Position numbers and translations under genes: made by a program. DNA of 64,000 bases from sequence record NC_047815.1, one strand, 5' to 3'. Below are positions 8,934 through 18,095 of the stretch, in pieces. How positions within the stretch are numbered: position 1 is the stretch's first letter; every line of letters begins with the position of its first letter. The notes below the pieces were generated by a model that was given only the letters and a program-made list of their open reading frames with translations, was not told where the DNA came from and did no database searches.

Positions 8934-9383
8934 ATGAAAACGTTATTTATTCGCTGTGATTATGCTGGCTTCAACGCGGGCCGTGTACAACTACGTGCCG
9001 TGAATGTGCGCCGTGTGTCTGATGTTGATCGTATCGTGATGTGTATTGTTCACGATAACAAATTGCATCGCACCGTACAGATGCGCCGCGTGTCAATCGA
9101 ACATGTAGAAGCGCAAGGCGATTCAATGTGCTATGCGTTCTGCTTCACGGACCGTGATTACATTGAAACAGAACTGCGTGAAAATGAACAGCAACGTTTC
9201 GACGCCACACGCAACAACAGATTTTTCTTGCAAGACCTGCGCCAGCCTGTGATAGAACTGAAACTTGATGTTGTACCTCGCACAGCACCTCAACGTATTA
9301 AGACGCTTGACGAATACACAATAGAAGAATTGCTTGAACATGTAAAGCGCCGCATCAACGGCAAGATAACAATCGAAATCTAA
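8934..9383 (+). CDS. Hypothetical protein, local paralog family
   Basis: C-terminal LDEYTIEELLEHVKRR helix like those in neighbours. Confidence 0.8.
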   Translation: MKTLFIRCDYAGFNAGRVQLRAVNVRRVSDVDRIVMCIVHDNKLHRTVQMRRVSIEHVEAQGDSMCYAFCFTDRDYIETELRENEQQRFDATRNNRFFLQDLRQPVIELKLDVVPRTAPQRIKTLDEYTIEELLEHVKRRINGKITIEI

Positions 9384-9386
9384 AAC

Positions 9387-9417
9387 AAGGGGCCGCTCGA
9401 AAGAGTTGGCCCTTTTT
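9387..9417 (+). terminator. Intrinsic terminator
   Basis: GGGCCGCTC-GAAA-GAGTTGGCCC-TTTTT. Confidence 0.8.
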
Positions 9418-9429
9418 CGTTTGTCTGCA

Positions 9430-9518
9430 CTTAACTCAAATCAGAAAAAGCTCAGATCTCGCTTAACTCAAATCGCTGTAAATTTGACTTAGTGCATGGT
9501 CGTGACTTAACTCAAATC
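9430..9518 (+). repeat. Three exact 13-nt direct repeats CTTAACTCAAATC
   Basis: Copies at 9430, 9462, 9506; inverted variant AATTTGACTTAG at 9481. Confidence 0.9.
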
Positions 9519-9521
9519 AGA

Positions 9522-9573
9522 CAAATCTGCGGTCAAAACAGTGATTGCAATGCGGTCATAATTATCGCATTAT
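9522..9573 (+). promoter_or_regulatory. GGTCAAAA-class promoter
   Basis: CAAA..GGTCAAAA 9531; TTGCAA 9545; CATTAT 9568. Confidence 0.75.
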
Positions 9574-9643
9574 ATAAGCTCAACAACGCGATGCAGTCTA
9601 CGTGATTGCGTCAACAATCAACGCTACATATGAGACAACGAAC

Positions 9644-9967
9644 ATGACGACTAACATTTTTCCAGAACTCAACATCGATGAACTGACAGCATTCGTTAAT
9701 CGCATCAATCCGCAGCTCAACAAAAACGTAAAGCTGTGTGTTGAGTCGCACGATGACGAAGACAACACAGGGCATATCTATGCGGTCGAAGTCGATGAAA
9801 ACGGAGAAGACTCTGATGCTATGTGGGGCTGGTTGATTGACGTGCCGTGTGCTGAGTGCGAGAAATTCTATTTCATGTACGGCGGTAACTTCCCGCATGA
9901 TCAAGAAGGTTCGTGCGAAATTGACGACGCTTCATTCATTGCGAAAGTAAACTCACTCGAATTCTAA
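9644..9967 (+). CDS. Hypothetical acidic protein
   Basis: ATG 9644 after GAG. Confidence 0.75.
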   Translation: MTTNIFPELNIDELTAFVNRINPQLNKNVKLCVESHDDEDNTGHIYAVEVDENGEDSDAMWGWLIDVPCAECEKFYFMYGGNFPHDQEGSCEIDDASFIAKVNSLEF

Positions 9968-9977
9968 TCTAACGTGC

Positions 9978-9991
9978 GGGCTTACGGGCCC
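9978..9991 (+). repeat. Intergenic hairpin GGGCTTACGGGCCC, copy 1
   Basis: Exact 14-mer also at 10443; UACG loop. Confidence 0.7.
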
Positions 9992-10023
9992 ACATCAACT
10001 CTATCATTCAAGGAATCTCAATT

Positions 10024-10428
10024 ATGTTCGCTAACGTATTTTTCGCTATCTCCGATTACAATGAATTGCAAAACTACTGTGATCTCGTCAATCGTCACTT
10101 GAGTAAAACTGACCGCAAGCTCGCCGTCAACGAAGCGTATAAAGACGCTGATTGTGTAGCTGATGCGGTCACAAGTGACAAGGGTGAACCTCTGCAAGTG
10201 CTTCACTTGATTGATGGGGAATATGACGTACAAGATTACTACGCTGTTTATTTCCCGACTGTTGAACGCCCGACGCTTGAACTGCAATACACAGCGATGC
10301 CCTACGATTGTAACGAAGCATATCCTATGCTGCACTGTGATGCAACGCCCGCAGTGTTTGCACAATTCATCGACGCACTTGATCAAGATGCGTTTCATCC
10401 TGACTTTGTGTCGCCCGACGTTGAGTAA
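10024..10428 (+). CDS. Hypothetical protein
   Basis: AAGGA SD. Confidence 0.8.
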   Translation: MFANVFFAISDYNELQNYCDLVNRHLSKTDRKLAVNEAYKDADCVADAVTSDKGEPLQVLHLIDGEYDVQDYYAVYFPTVERPTLELQYTAMPYDCNEAYPMLHCDATPAVFAQFIDALDQDAFHPDFVSPDVE

Positions 10429-10442
10429 CAACTAACACGACA

Positions 10443-10456
10443 GGGCTTACGGGCCC
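10443..10456 (+). repeat. Intergenic hairpin GGGCTTACGGGCCC, copy 2
   Basis: Exact repeat of 9978. Confidence 0.7.
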
Positions 10457-10482
10457 TGTTCTTTGATCAAGAGAAATCTATC

Positions 10483-10959
10483 ATGCGCGATTCAACACTA
10501 GTATTACTTGTCAATGAGAGTGAATTGACACAACCCTTGCTGCATAGAACGTCACTAGCAAACGCATTCAGTTTTAATCGCTTGCGTCTGCTTGTCACTC
10601 AGGGCTCTGGCGTAAACAATCCGAGCTACGCTGTTGATGTGATTGCTGTGCAAAAACTCACAGTGACCGAAGTAAGTGCAGATAAAACCTGCATCATGAT
10701 CGATATGAACTTTGAACTTGCTGCTACTTTGCATTCAGTGGTTAGTGTCGATGAGTATAATCGTGCTAAAACCACACGATCTAATATTCGTGCTTGGACC
10801 GCACGCTGGCAACAGGGCGATATTGTGACGGGCTTCGGTCAAGTCACTGAGATCCCATACGAAGCCCGACCCGATGTTATTCGCAGTCAACTATCTAAAT
10901 TCACTACTGAACAGCTACGCGCTGAATTGTCTTTACGCGACATGGAGATCTCTCAATGA
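10483..10959 (+). CDS. Hypothetical protein, local paralog family
   Basis: RPDVIRSQLSKFTTEQLRAELSLR. Confidence 0.8.
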   Translation: MRDSTLVLLVNESELTQPLLHRTSLANAFSFNRLRLLVTQGSGVNNPSYAVDVIAVQKLTVTEVSADKTCIMIDMNFELAATLHSVVSVDEYNRAKTTRSNIRAWTARWQQGDIVTGFGQVTEIPYEARPDVIRSQLSKFTTEQLRAELSLRDMEISQ

Positions 10960-11615
10960 AAACTACATCTAACGAACATGTATTGACCGTACGCAGCACA
11001 GACCTAAGCAAGCCCCACATGATTCGCATGTTGCAGTGCGACATTGAGCGCGTCGATTGCATTCGCTTTGTATTGTTTCAACAAGACAAGCAGCCCGAAC
11101 TGTGGCTTGCTGTGAGTGCCGACTGTACAGTCGAAACGCTTGGTCCCAGCAACTATCGCAATGCTGATCTTACGATTCGCGTTATCGAGTGGCAACAGTT
11201 GTATGAACCACTGCCGAAGTTGTTGCTTGATATGGAGCATGACGGTGAACGTGCTTATCGCACGCAACGCATTGCGGACTACGCGCTTAAAACACACTTG
11301 AGTCACGACCGCATTGAGTGGCACGAAAACACTCGTCCAGAAATCTTGATTGAGCGTCTTAGTGAGTTCACAACCGATCTGTTGCTTGCAGAAGTCTTAC
11401 GCCGTAGCAGTCAAGCGTGCGATAAGGAAGATGACGAGGCATACGCAAACTGTGACGATTGCGGCGAGCCGTTGAAAGAAGATGAAGTGTTCGGCGATCA
11501 ATGCGATCTGTGTGAAAGCTGTGTATCTAATCGTGACGAAGATGATGCAGAACGCGCACAATACGACGCCCATCAAGAGCGCATCAAGCGTGGTGGCTAC
11601 GAACGAGACGAGTAA
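10956..11615 (+). CDS. Hypothetical protein with C-terminal Cys cluster
   Basis: RPEILIERLSEFTTDLLLAEVLRR; CDDC...CDLCESC. Confidence 0.8.
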   Translation: MKTTSNEHVLTVRSTDLSKPHMIRMLQCDIERVDCIRFVLFQQDKQPELWLAVSADCTVETLGPSNYRNADLTIRVIEWQQLYEPLPKLLLDMEHDGERAYRTQRIADYALKTHLSHDRIEWHENTRPEILIERLSEFTTDLLLAEVLRRSSQACDKEDDEAYANCDDCGEPLKEDEVFGDQCDLCESCVSNRDEDDAERAQYDAHQERIKRGGYERDE

Positions 11616-11956
11616 TGACAGCACTGTATATCAAAAGCACCGAAGCCCAGATTCGTTCTGGGCAGTTAACTGTTAGTTCAATACGCGTCAAAAACCTTCA
11701 TCTACTCAAGTCTATTTTTGTTCTTGTTGAGCGTGAGGGCATTGATAGCGTGGCGTACACAGCCGAAGTGTTGCGTGCTACAGTGCGCAGAACACCACGC
11801 AGTGCGCAGACTGCAACTCTTGAGATCACGATCGACCAGTATCGTAAGCGTCCAGCCCATCACATTGAGAACGCCTACTTTGCGAGTCGCTTTAACACCA
11901 AGCATGTGCTGGCAGACATATCACCGCACTGCAAAATCAAATGGGAGAGAGAATGA
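11615..11956 (+). CDS. Hypothetical protein, local paralog family
   Basis: N-terminus alignable with 8934 ORF; coupled start/stop. Confidence 0.75.
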   Translation: MTALYIKSTEAQIRSGQLTVSSIRVKNLHLLKSIFVLVEREGIDSVAYTAEVLRATVRRTPRSAQTATLEITIDQYRKRPAHHIENAYFASRFNTKHVLADISPHCKIKWERE

Positions 11957-12192
11957 AAAAGCCAAGCATAGCAGCAAGAGCTAATCTTAACTTTGTTCCT
12001 CCTGGTAAAAAGAAGGCGGGCACCAGCTTTGTTCACCCAGTAGCGTTTAGTGTTGATGATACCATGCGTCGCAAGCTAAACATCATTGCCAACAAGCGGG
12101 GTATCAAGCTGGTGGTTTTGATGCGGGAGATAACTGCCGAGTATCTTGAGCAACACAGCACGGAGTGTGACCTAACGCAAATCGAAAGCTAG
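11953..12192 (+). CDS. Ribbon-helix-helix DNA-binding protein
   Basis: VAFSVDDTMRRKLNIIANKRGIKLVVLMREITAEYL fits the CopG/Arc pattern. Confidence 0.65.
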   Translation: MKKPSIAARANLNFVPPGKKKAGTSFVHPVAFSVDDTMRRKLNIIANKRGIKLVVLMREITAEYLEQHSTECDLTQIES

Positions 12193-12218
12193 TCTACAGG
12201 CAGCGGGGTTGAGCAAGA

Positions 12219-12270
12219 CAAATCACTGGTTAAAATACAGCTAGAACAGATCAGATTAATCTGATACAAT
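12219..12270 (+). promoter_or_regulatory. GGTCAAAA-class promoter with 16-bp palindrome
   Basis: GGTTAAAA 12228; TG-A-TACAAT 12265; ATCAGATTAATCTGAT 12250-12265. Confidence 0.8.
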
Positions 12271-12308
12271 AAATGTAGGGCAGTACATACCTCATTTAAT
12301 TCGTCATT

Positions 12309-12512
12309 TTGACACTAGGGAAATTCATCATGCTATCAGCACTTATCATTGCTGCTATGGTTCTGTTGATTATGTGTTTTATAGGTTTTTCTCTCTATCT
12401 CCAATCCGTCATTGAGAAAGAATCGGTACTTGAAGCCGAACTCGAGGAGGCGGTTGAAAACCTCGCTGTTATTCAACGTTCACGCGAACGCCAAATAAAA
12501 CGTTCTTGGTAA
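12309..12512 (+). CDS. Small membrane-anchored protein
   Basis: N-terminal TM helix then acidic coiled coil. Confidence 0.65.
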   Translation: MTLGKFIMLSALIIAAMVLLIMCFIGFSLYLQSVIEKESVLEAELEEAVENLAVIQRSRERQIKRSW

Positions 12513-12521
12513 GGAAACGCT

Positions 12522-13064
12522 ATGCAATATCCAATCGACATTGTGTCCAGCATCATGCACACAATCATCACTCATGTTCCAAACGTGAAGGGCATCAGTG
12601 AACTGAAATCCAGCTTAACTCCGCCTACTGTTACGTTCACTTTGGACGAACGCACCTATCGTGTATCGGGTTCGCTGTTTGTTCATGAGGTGCAAGGCTG
12701 TTTGTTGGCTGGTACTGGTGCTGCCGCCACAATGCAGAAAATTCTGCGTGATAAGCCCGTGCAATTTGAAGCAGTTAGTTCGGTAATCACGGGTCTGGTC
12801 AATGCTGCCTCAACTGCAACATTGAAAAGCATGGCTGAGTCGATGGGTTGGCCTGACCTTGACCCGCCTCGTGTGCTACGCAAGTGCTTTCGTGAGTATC
12901 TCGAAAAGAATGTAAATGAACAGAGTCCAGACGTTGAAAGCTGTCGTGAAGCAGTCGAACTTGTCTGGCTGTTCATGGGATCTGATAACCGTCAGCGTCT
13001 CGCCACTTCAATCGATAAACAGTTTGGGTACTCACTTGCGAAGAATATGGACTATGCGAAATAG
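12522..13064 (+). CDS. Hypothetical protein
   Basis: TAAGGA SD. Confidence 0.8.
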   Translation: MQYPIDIVSSIMHTIITHVPNVKGISELKSSLTPPTVTFTLDERTYRVSGSLFVHEVQGCLLAGTGAAATMQKILRDKPVQFEAVSSVITGLVNAASTATLKSMAESMGWPDLDPPRVLRKCFREYLEKNVNEQSPDVESCREAVELVWLFMGSDNRQRLATSIDKQFGYSLAKNMDYAK

Positions 13065-13074
13065 CGGAGCGCGT

Positions 13075-13539
13075 ATGAAAGAGCAACTGGCTTTTGAGAT
13101 TCAAAACGTAGTTGACCAGTGCTGCATTGCAGTAGCGCGTGCTGAAAACTCTCCTTTCGGTCACACTGCATTTCACATGACAGACCTCAAACGTTTGTCT
13201 GTGTATGTTCGTGGGCTTAGCGGCATTCAGCGTCAGTGGCAAATGCCTTGTCTTGTTATCAGCACAATCGACGTTATGCCTGCTTATCAGCGTCAAGGCT
13301 TGTTTAAGCAATTGCTTGATGAACTGATCAAGCTGTGTCGTCAGAACGGTTGGGTGCTCAAGTTTGAAAACGTGCTGGTGGATCACCTACGTGATTACCT
13401 TACTCGTTTCAATTTTCTACCTACTCCTGATGCTCGTGGTACTGAGCTAACACATGGCAGCCTGTACTGGATGCCAGACAATGATCTGCGTGGTCAGATA
13501 CCTCAGTTTGATATGACCCGTATGCGCAGTCCTGTATAA
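13075..13539 (+). CDS. GNAT-family acetyltransferase
   Basis: ISTIDVMPAYQRQGLFKQLL (motif A); GGAG SD. Confidence 0.7.
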   Translation: MKEQLAFEIQNVVDQCCIAVARAENSPFGHTAFHMTDLKRLSVYVRGLSGIQRQWQMPCLVISTIDVMPAYQRQGLFKQLLDELIKLCRQNGWVLKFENVLVDHLRDYLTRFNFLPTPDARGTELTHGSLYWMPDNDLRGQIPQFDMTRMRSPV

Positions 13540-13611
13540 CGAGATTAATCTGAAAGTAAGATTAGTCTCAACAAACGACCTTTCGACAGTTAATTTAGCT
13601 GAGGAGCTATT

Positions 13612-13926
13612 ATGTCATCATCTACCGAAATCTCCTTCATTTTCCCTTACCTGACTACTCTGGAAGTAGTTACTGGTTCAGGCAGTCTGGCAAACAAGCT
13701 GGGCGTTGACGCCAACGAGGAACAAACGTTCCTCGACAGTCAGGCGATGCAGCTCATGAACGGTCTGCACGTTCAGCAGGAACTCTGCCTGTTTGATCGC
13801 AGCATTCTCAATCTGATGATTGACCGTCAGATGGACTATGACGAAAAGATTACGACATACGAACGTGACAGCAAAGATCATGTTCCTCATGAAGGTCTGA
13901 TGTTGCTGGTGCGTCATACTCGTTAA
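13612..13926 (+). CDS. Hypothetical protein
   Basis: GAGGAG SD. Confidence 0.8.
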   Translation: MSSSTEISFIFPYLTTLEVVTGSGSLANKLGVDANEEQTFLDSQAMQLMNGLHVQQELCLFDRSILNLMIDRQMDYDEKITTYERDSKDHVPHEGLMLLVRHTR

Positions 13927-13992
13927 GTATGATTGCTGGGACGTCTTTGCGAGGGCGTCCTGTCGATCTTTACTTATGCTGAGGAGCATATC

Positions 13993-14004
13993 ATGGACGC
14001 ATAA
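13993..14004 (+). other. Minigene Met-Asp-Ala with strong SD
   Basis: GAGGAG-6nt-ATG GAC GCA TAA TAA TAA. Confidence 0.45.
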
Positions 14005-14103
14005 TAATAACGCAGTGGCTTTATGTTGTACCTGTTGTAAAATGCAGTGCCCATATTCCCGACCTATGTCGGCATACAGAAAAATTTAATAGGAAATATC
14101 ATA

Positions 14104-16332
14104 ATGAAAAACACACTGAAAACCTCTATCGTTGCTTCTGTTGTTACTCTGGCTCTGGTACAGTCTGCCTACGCGACTGGCTCGCACGACAACAACGGTG
14201 GCCTAGTCAATCTTGGCGGCAACGGCGGTTTGGTAAATATCGGTGGCAATGGCGGCCTGATTAATATTGGCGGCAACAATAACTCTGGTAGTCTGATTGA
14301 TCTTGACGTGCTGAATGGTAACGTCACTCAAATCGGCGCAAACGTCGGCGTGCTTAATGGTCGTGTTGATGGCCTTGAGCAAACTGTGACAACAGGCGGC
14401 GCTTTGTTGAATGACCGCATTGATAAATTGACTTCAAGTGTGGGCACTGCATACGATACTCTGGATGGTAAAATCAACAACGTGCAAGATCTCGCTATCG
14501 ATGCACGAGCAACAGCGGGCAACGCACTCGATACTGTGTATGGCCTGATTCCTCAAACACTCAACAACGCGAAAGCGATTGCAGACGTTGACAACAAGGT
14601 TGACACTGCCGTTGCTGCTGGTGTTCAGGTAGCTGGTGCACTCAACAACAAGATCGACGGCGTTGATGCTAAGGTAAATGACTTGGCGCAACAAGGGCAA
14701 GCTGCATACACTGAACTGAAATCCGATGTAGCCTCTGCTAACGGTCGCATTGACGACACTATCGCCGCTGTTGCCAACGTTGAAGCGAAAGCAAATACTG
14801 GTATTGCTCTTGGTGCCGCAGCTAATCTGAAAGCTGACCTTGTTGGTGCTGGTCTGATTGCTAACACAGTCTGGGATGCACACCAACAGAAAGAGATTGA
14901 TGCTAACGCTAAAGGTCTGGCTGCTAACAATGCAGTTGACGCGAAACAGCAAAAGCAGATTGATGGTAACTCGAAAGCAATTGGCGGTCTCCAATCTGGT
15001 CTCGCTGCTAATACAGCAAATGATGCCAAGCAGCAACAGCAGATTGATAAGGTACAGGCTGGCCTGAACTACACTGATAGAGTTGTAGCTCAGAACACGT
15101 CGGACATTGCCGATACCCGCTCAGGTTTGAAAGACCTGGCCGGTACTGTTGAAACCAACAAAGCAGCACAAGCTGATCGTGACCTTGGCCAAGACGTTCG
15201 TATGGACGGTATTGAAAAGCAAGCAGCAAACAATGACGGTCGTATCGGTGCTGTAGAAGTGCGTGCTGATAATCTTGAGCAAGGCCAGCGTGATCTGCAA
15301 GCGCAGAACGAAGTCACTGATGCACGTTCAATCGACAACGCTGATCGTATCAGCAATCTGGTTGATGTTACTGACAAGGACCGCACTGACATTAATAATC
15401 GTGTCGATGGTGTATCGACTCAGGTAAATAAAAACACCAACGATATTGCTAACGTAAGCAACGTTGCAAACGATGCATATAACAATGCGTACAACGCGCA
15501 GCAAACAGCAAATGCTGGTGTAGCGATTGGGCAGGATGCCAAGAACACTGCTATCAATGCACAGAACACTGCGGATTATGCTGTGGGCCAAACGCAAAAG
15601 AATGGCAACGACATTATCAATCTTGATAACCGTGTGACTGGTAATACGTCGGCTATTCAGAAAACGCAGAACGATCTGATCAACACCAACAATGTGCTGA
15701 CTCAGAACGTTAAGCAAACGCAGAGCAACACAAACCGCATCACCAACGTTGAAGGCACTGTCGCAACGCACACTACGCAGATCGCTAATCACGAAACGCG
15801 TATCACCAACAACGAAACCAGTATCACTAAGAACACCAGTGATATTAAAGAAACTCAGAAAGTGGTGAACAATCAGGGCAAAGTGATCAACAATCACGAA
15901 ACCCGTATCACCAACAACGAAACCAATATCAGCACGCTGAATCAAGACTTCAACTCGTTTAGCCAGACCGTTAACAACAATCAGGAAATCACCAACTACA
16001 ACATCCGTCAGGGTAATGCTCAGACTCTTAGCCAAAGCAAGAACTACACGGACAACAAGTTTGGTGAAATGAAGCAGTATGTTGATAAAGGTCGCAGCGA
16101 CGATCAGAAAGAGTATCGTTCAGGTATCGCAGGCGTTGCAGCTATGGCAAACATCCCGAACGTTCCTGGTACAACATTCTCTCTGGGTGCTGGTATGGGT
16201 CAGTACAAAGACCAAACTGCGTTAGCTGTTGGTGGTAACTGGAACGTATCGCAGCGTGTAGCGGTCAAAGCGTCCGTTGGATTTACTAACGAAGATGCAA
16301 CTGCTGGTGCTGGTATCGCATTCGGCTTCTAA
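14104..16332 (+). CDS. Trimeric autotransporter adhesin (YadA-like)
   Basis: Sec signal MKNTLKT...AYA; Asn-core coiled-coil stalk (NHETRITNNET x2); YadA anchor GIAGVAAMANIP...GAGIAFGF with terminal Phe. Confidence 0.9.
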   Translation: MKNTLKTSIVASVVTLALVQSAYATGSHDNNGGLVNLGGNGGLVNIGGNGGLINIGGNNNSGSLIDLDVLNGNVTQIGANVGVLNGRVDGLEQTVTTGGALLNDRIDKLTSSVGTAYDTLDGKINNVQDLAIDARATAGNALDTVYGLIPQTLNNAKAIADVDNKVDTAVAAGVQVAGALNNKIDGVDAKVNDLAQQGQAAYTELKSDVASANGRIDDTIAAVANVEAKANTGIALGAAANLKADLVGAGLIANTVWDAHQQKEIDANAKGLAANNAVDAKQQKQIDGNSKAIGGLQSGLAANTANDAKQQQQIDKVQAGLNYTDRVVAQNTSDIADTRSGLKDLAGTVETNKAAQADRDLGQDVRMDGIEKQAANNDGRIGAVEVRADNLEQGQRDLQAQNEVTDARSIDNADRISNLVDVTDKDRTDINNRVDGVSTQVNKNTNDIANVSNVANDAYNNAYNAQQTANAGVAIGQDAKNTAINAQNTADYAVGQTQKNGNDIINLDNRVTGNTSAIQKTQNDLINTNNVLTQNVKQTQSNTNRITNVEGTVATHTTQIANHETRITNNETSITKNTSDIKETQKVVNNQGKVINNHETRITNNETNISTLNQDFNSFSQTVNNNQEITNYNIRQGNAQTLSQSKNYTDNKFGEMKQYVDKGRSDDQKEYRSGIAGVAAMANIPNVPGTTFSLGAGMGQYKDQTALAVGGNWNVSQRVAVKASVGFTNEDATAGAGIAFGF
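15787..15925 (+). repeat. 34-nt near-exact direct repeat in the stalk (105-nt period, 5 heptads)
   Basis: 15787-15820 vs 15892-15925, one mismatch. Confidence 0.85.
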
Positions 16333-16343
16333 GTAAAACACAC

Positions 16344-16365
16344 TGGGTGGCTTCGGTCACCCATT
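16344..16365 (+). terminator. Hairpin, weak U-tract
   Basis: TGGGTGGC-TTCG-GTCACCCA. Confidence 0.55.
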
Positions 16366-16405
16366 GTCACATCTAATCAACTTCACACCCTTGAGGAACT
16401 TCACC

Positions 16406-17245
16406 ATGAAACAACTTTATTTTGGCAATCACGATGTACTTGACGTTAAACCCAACTTGTTGCCTACCGTTGTTATCGACGGTCGTCAGGACATTGCACG
16501 CATCGCGCATCTTGAGCATGTAATGCAGTGGCTGCAAGGCACAGTCAACATTCAGCTTGTTTATGGTGAAGATCGTCCGAACGTCCCTGGCATGTATATC
16601 TGCACAGACAGCGCAGGCAATGTTCGTTATGGTGAAGTGCAAGACACGGCGGCTAATTGCTTCCGCTTTGTTGAGCGTTACGAAAACACAGGCTACACAG
16701 CTTGGTATGACAAGCAATCGGCTGATGAAGATTGTATCGTTGCCAGCGATCTTGATATGTCAGAACTCAGCAACTGGATGCTGTTGATGCCTACTCGTAG
16801 CCGCAATCAGGCAGACGTGACCAAGTTTCCTGCCGAGTATCGTGCCGTCAAAGACGCTACCGAAGTCAGTGTCACTGCCAAGCCATGTGATCTACGTGAT
16901 GCACAGACTCTGGGGCGCACAGAAAAGATCAATGAGTCTGTGCGTCAGTATTATTTGTGGCAGCGCAATCTTCGTGGTGAAAGCCGCGTCACGTTTGCTA
17001 CGGCTCTTGCTGCATATGTCTCAGGCATTGAGGGTGATTGGGAAACAGATGAGCTGTATGACCTAACGCTTGAAAGTTGGAAAGAGTATGCACGCTACTT
17101 GAAGCCTGATGGTTTTCAACGAGAACTCGCTACAGACAACATCTTTGTTATTGCCCGCACCTGCTACTATCATGTAGTCAAGCGCACTCCTAAAACTAAC
17201 CGTTACTACGATACTGTTTTATCTCAGGTGGAAGAACATGCGTAA
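16406..17245 (+). CDS. Hypothetical protein
   Basis: GAGGA SD before ATG 16406. Confidence 0.8.
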   Translation: MKQLYFGNHDVLDVKPNLLPTVVIDGRQDIARIAHLEHVMQWLQGTVNIQLVYGEDRPNVPGMYICTDSAGNVRYGEVQDTAANCFRFVERYENTGYTAWYDKQSADEDCIVASDLDMSELSNWMLLMPTRSRNQADVTKFPAEYRAVKDATEVSVTAKPCDLRDAQTLGRTEKINESVRQYYLWQRNLRGESRVTFATALAAYVSGIEGDWETDELYDLTLESWKEYARYLKPDGFQRELATDNIFVIARTCYYHVVKRTPKTNRYYDTVLSQVEEHA

Positions 17246-17447
17246 ACTCTTAACTGGTCCTGTCGGAAAACTTGTTGCTGTCCTTGCTTTTGTCTTAACT
17301 TATTTTGAACTGCGTCTGACCGAGACGGTGCCTGATGAACCATTCGGTTGGATGCTGTGTTTCTTTAGCGCGTTGGCTATCGTTCACCTGACACCACTAG
17401 CGTGTGAGCAGTGGCTACAGTTTCGTTCTGCAAGGAGAGTAAAATGA
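17238..17447 (+). CDS. Small two-TM membrane protein
   Basis: Two hydrophobic segments. Confidence 0.7.
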   Translation: MRKLLTGPVGKLVAVLAFVLTYFELRLTETVPDEPFGWMLCFFSALAIVHLTPLACEQWLQFRSARRVK

Positions 17448-17719
17448 GTCGTCTGCGTCACTTGCCCGTGTTTCTCAAATGGCGTCGTCGTCTCAAAGGC
17501 GCAATTGCTTTACCTGTGTTTATCATGATCGTTCAAGGATATATGGGCGGCATGACTGACAGCATGTGGATGTGGACTGGTATCTTGTTTGCTCCCATCA
17601 TCGCACACTGCTGGTACATGACCAGCTACTATCTTGATGCGCATTGCTCCGAACTTGCAGGCGCCACTGTATCAACCGAATACACTCGAAGCATTGACTT
17701 CCCTAAGGATAAGAAATGA
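17444..17719 (+). CDS. Small two-TM membrane protein
   Basis: AAGGAG SD; basic N-terminus plus two hydrophobic segments. Confidence 0.75.
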   Translation: MSRLRHLPVFLKWRRRLKGAIALPVFIMIVQGYMGGMTDSMWMWTGILFAPIIAHCWYMTSYYLDAHCSELAGATVSTEYTRSIDFPKDKK

Positions 17720-18042
17720 TCAAAGCACTTCGTCGTATGTTAGGCCTGTGGCCAACCGTTGAACAGGCACTGGACCAGCCTGAAAGCTGCGTGCAAGTCG
17801 GTGAGAACTCGTATGTCGTCAAGAATCATGCAGGTCAGGCGGCGGCAGTTGTACGCGAGACCCGACGTTTGATGCAGACAGAAACTCCTGTCTCTTATCA
17901 AGCTGCGACAACCAACATGCTGCGTAACATCAACGCCGACACGACAGGCTTTCCGCAAACAATCTTCTTTGGTCAAGCTGGTGTTGTCACGATCATGAAG
18001 GTCGAATACAACATCTGCATCACTGATCTATACGACTGCTAG
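17716..18042 (+). CDS. Hypothetical protein
   Basis: AAGGA SD, overlapping start. Confidence 0.75.
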   Translation: MIKALRRMLGLWPTVEQALDQPESCVQVGENSYVVKNHAGQAAAVVRETRRLMQTETPVSYQAATTNMLRNINADTTGFPQTIFFGQAGVVTIMKVEYNICITDLYDC

Positions 18043-18043
18043 A

Positions 18044-18095
18044 CAAATAGCTGGTCAAAATGCACAGAGCAACGTGGTTGCTTTTGTGTTATAAT
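18044..18095 (+). promoter_or_regulatory. GGTCAAAA-class promoter
   Basis: GGTCAAAA 18053; TG-T-TATAAT 18090. Confidence 0.85.

Noticed and set aside
9430-9518. CRISPR mini-array
   Set aside because: 13-nt repeats with 19- and 31-nt gaps, not palindromic, no cas genes.
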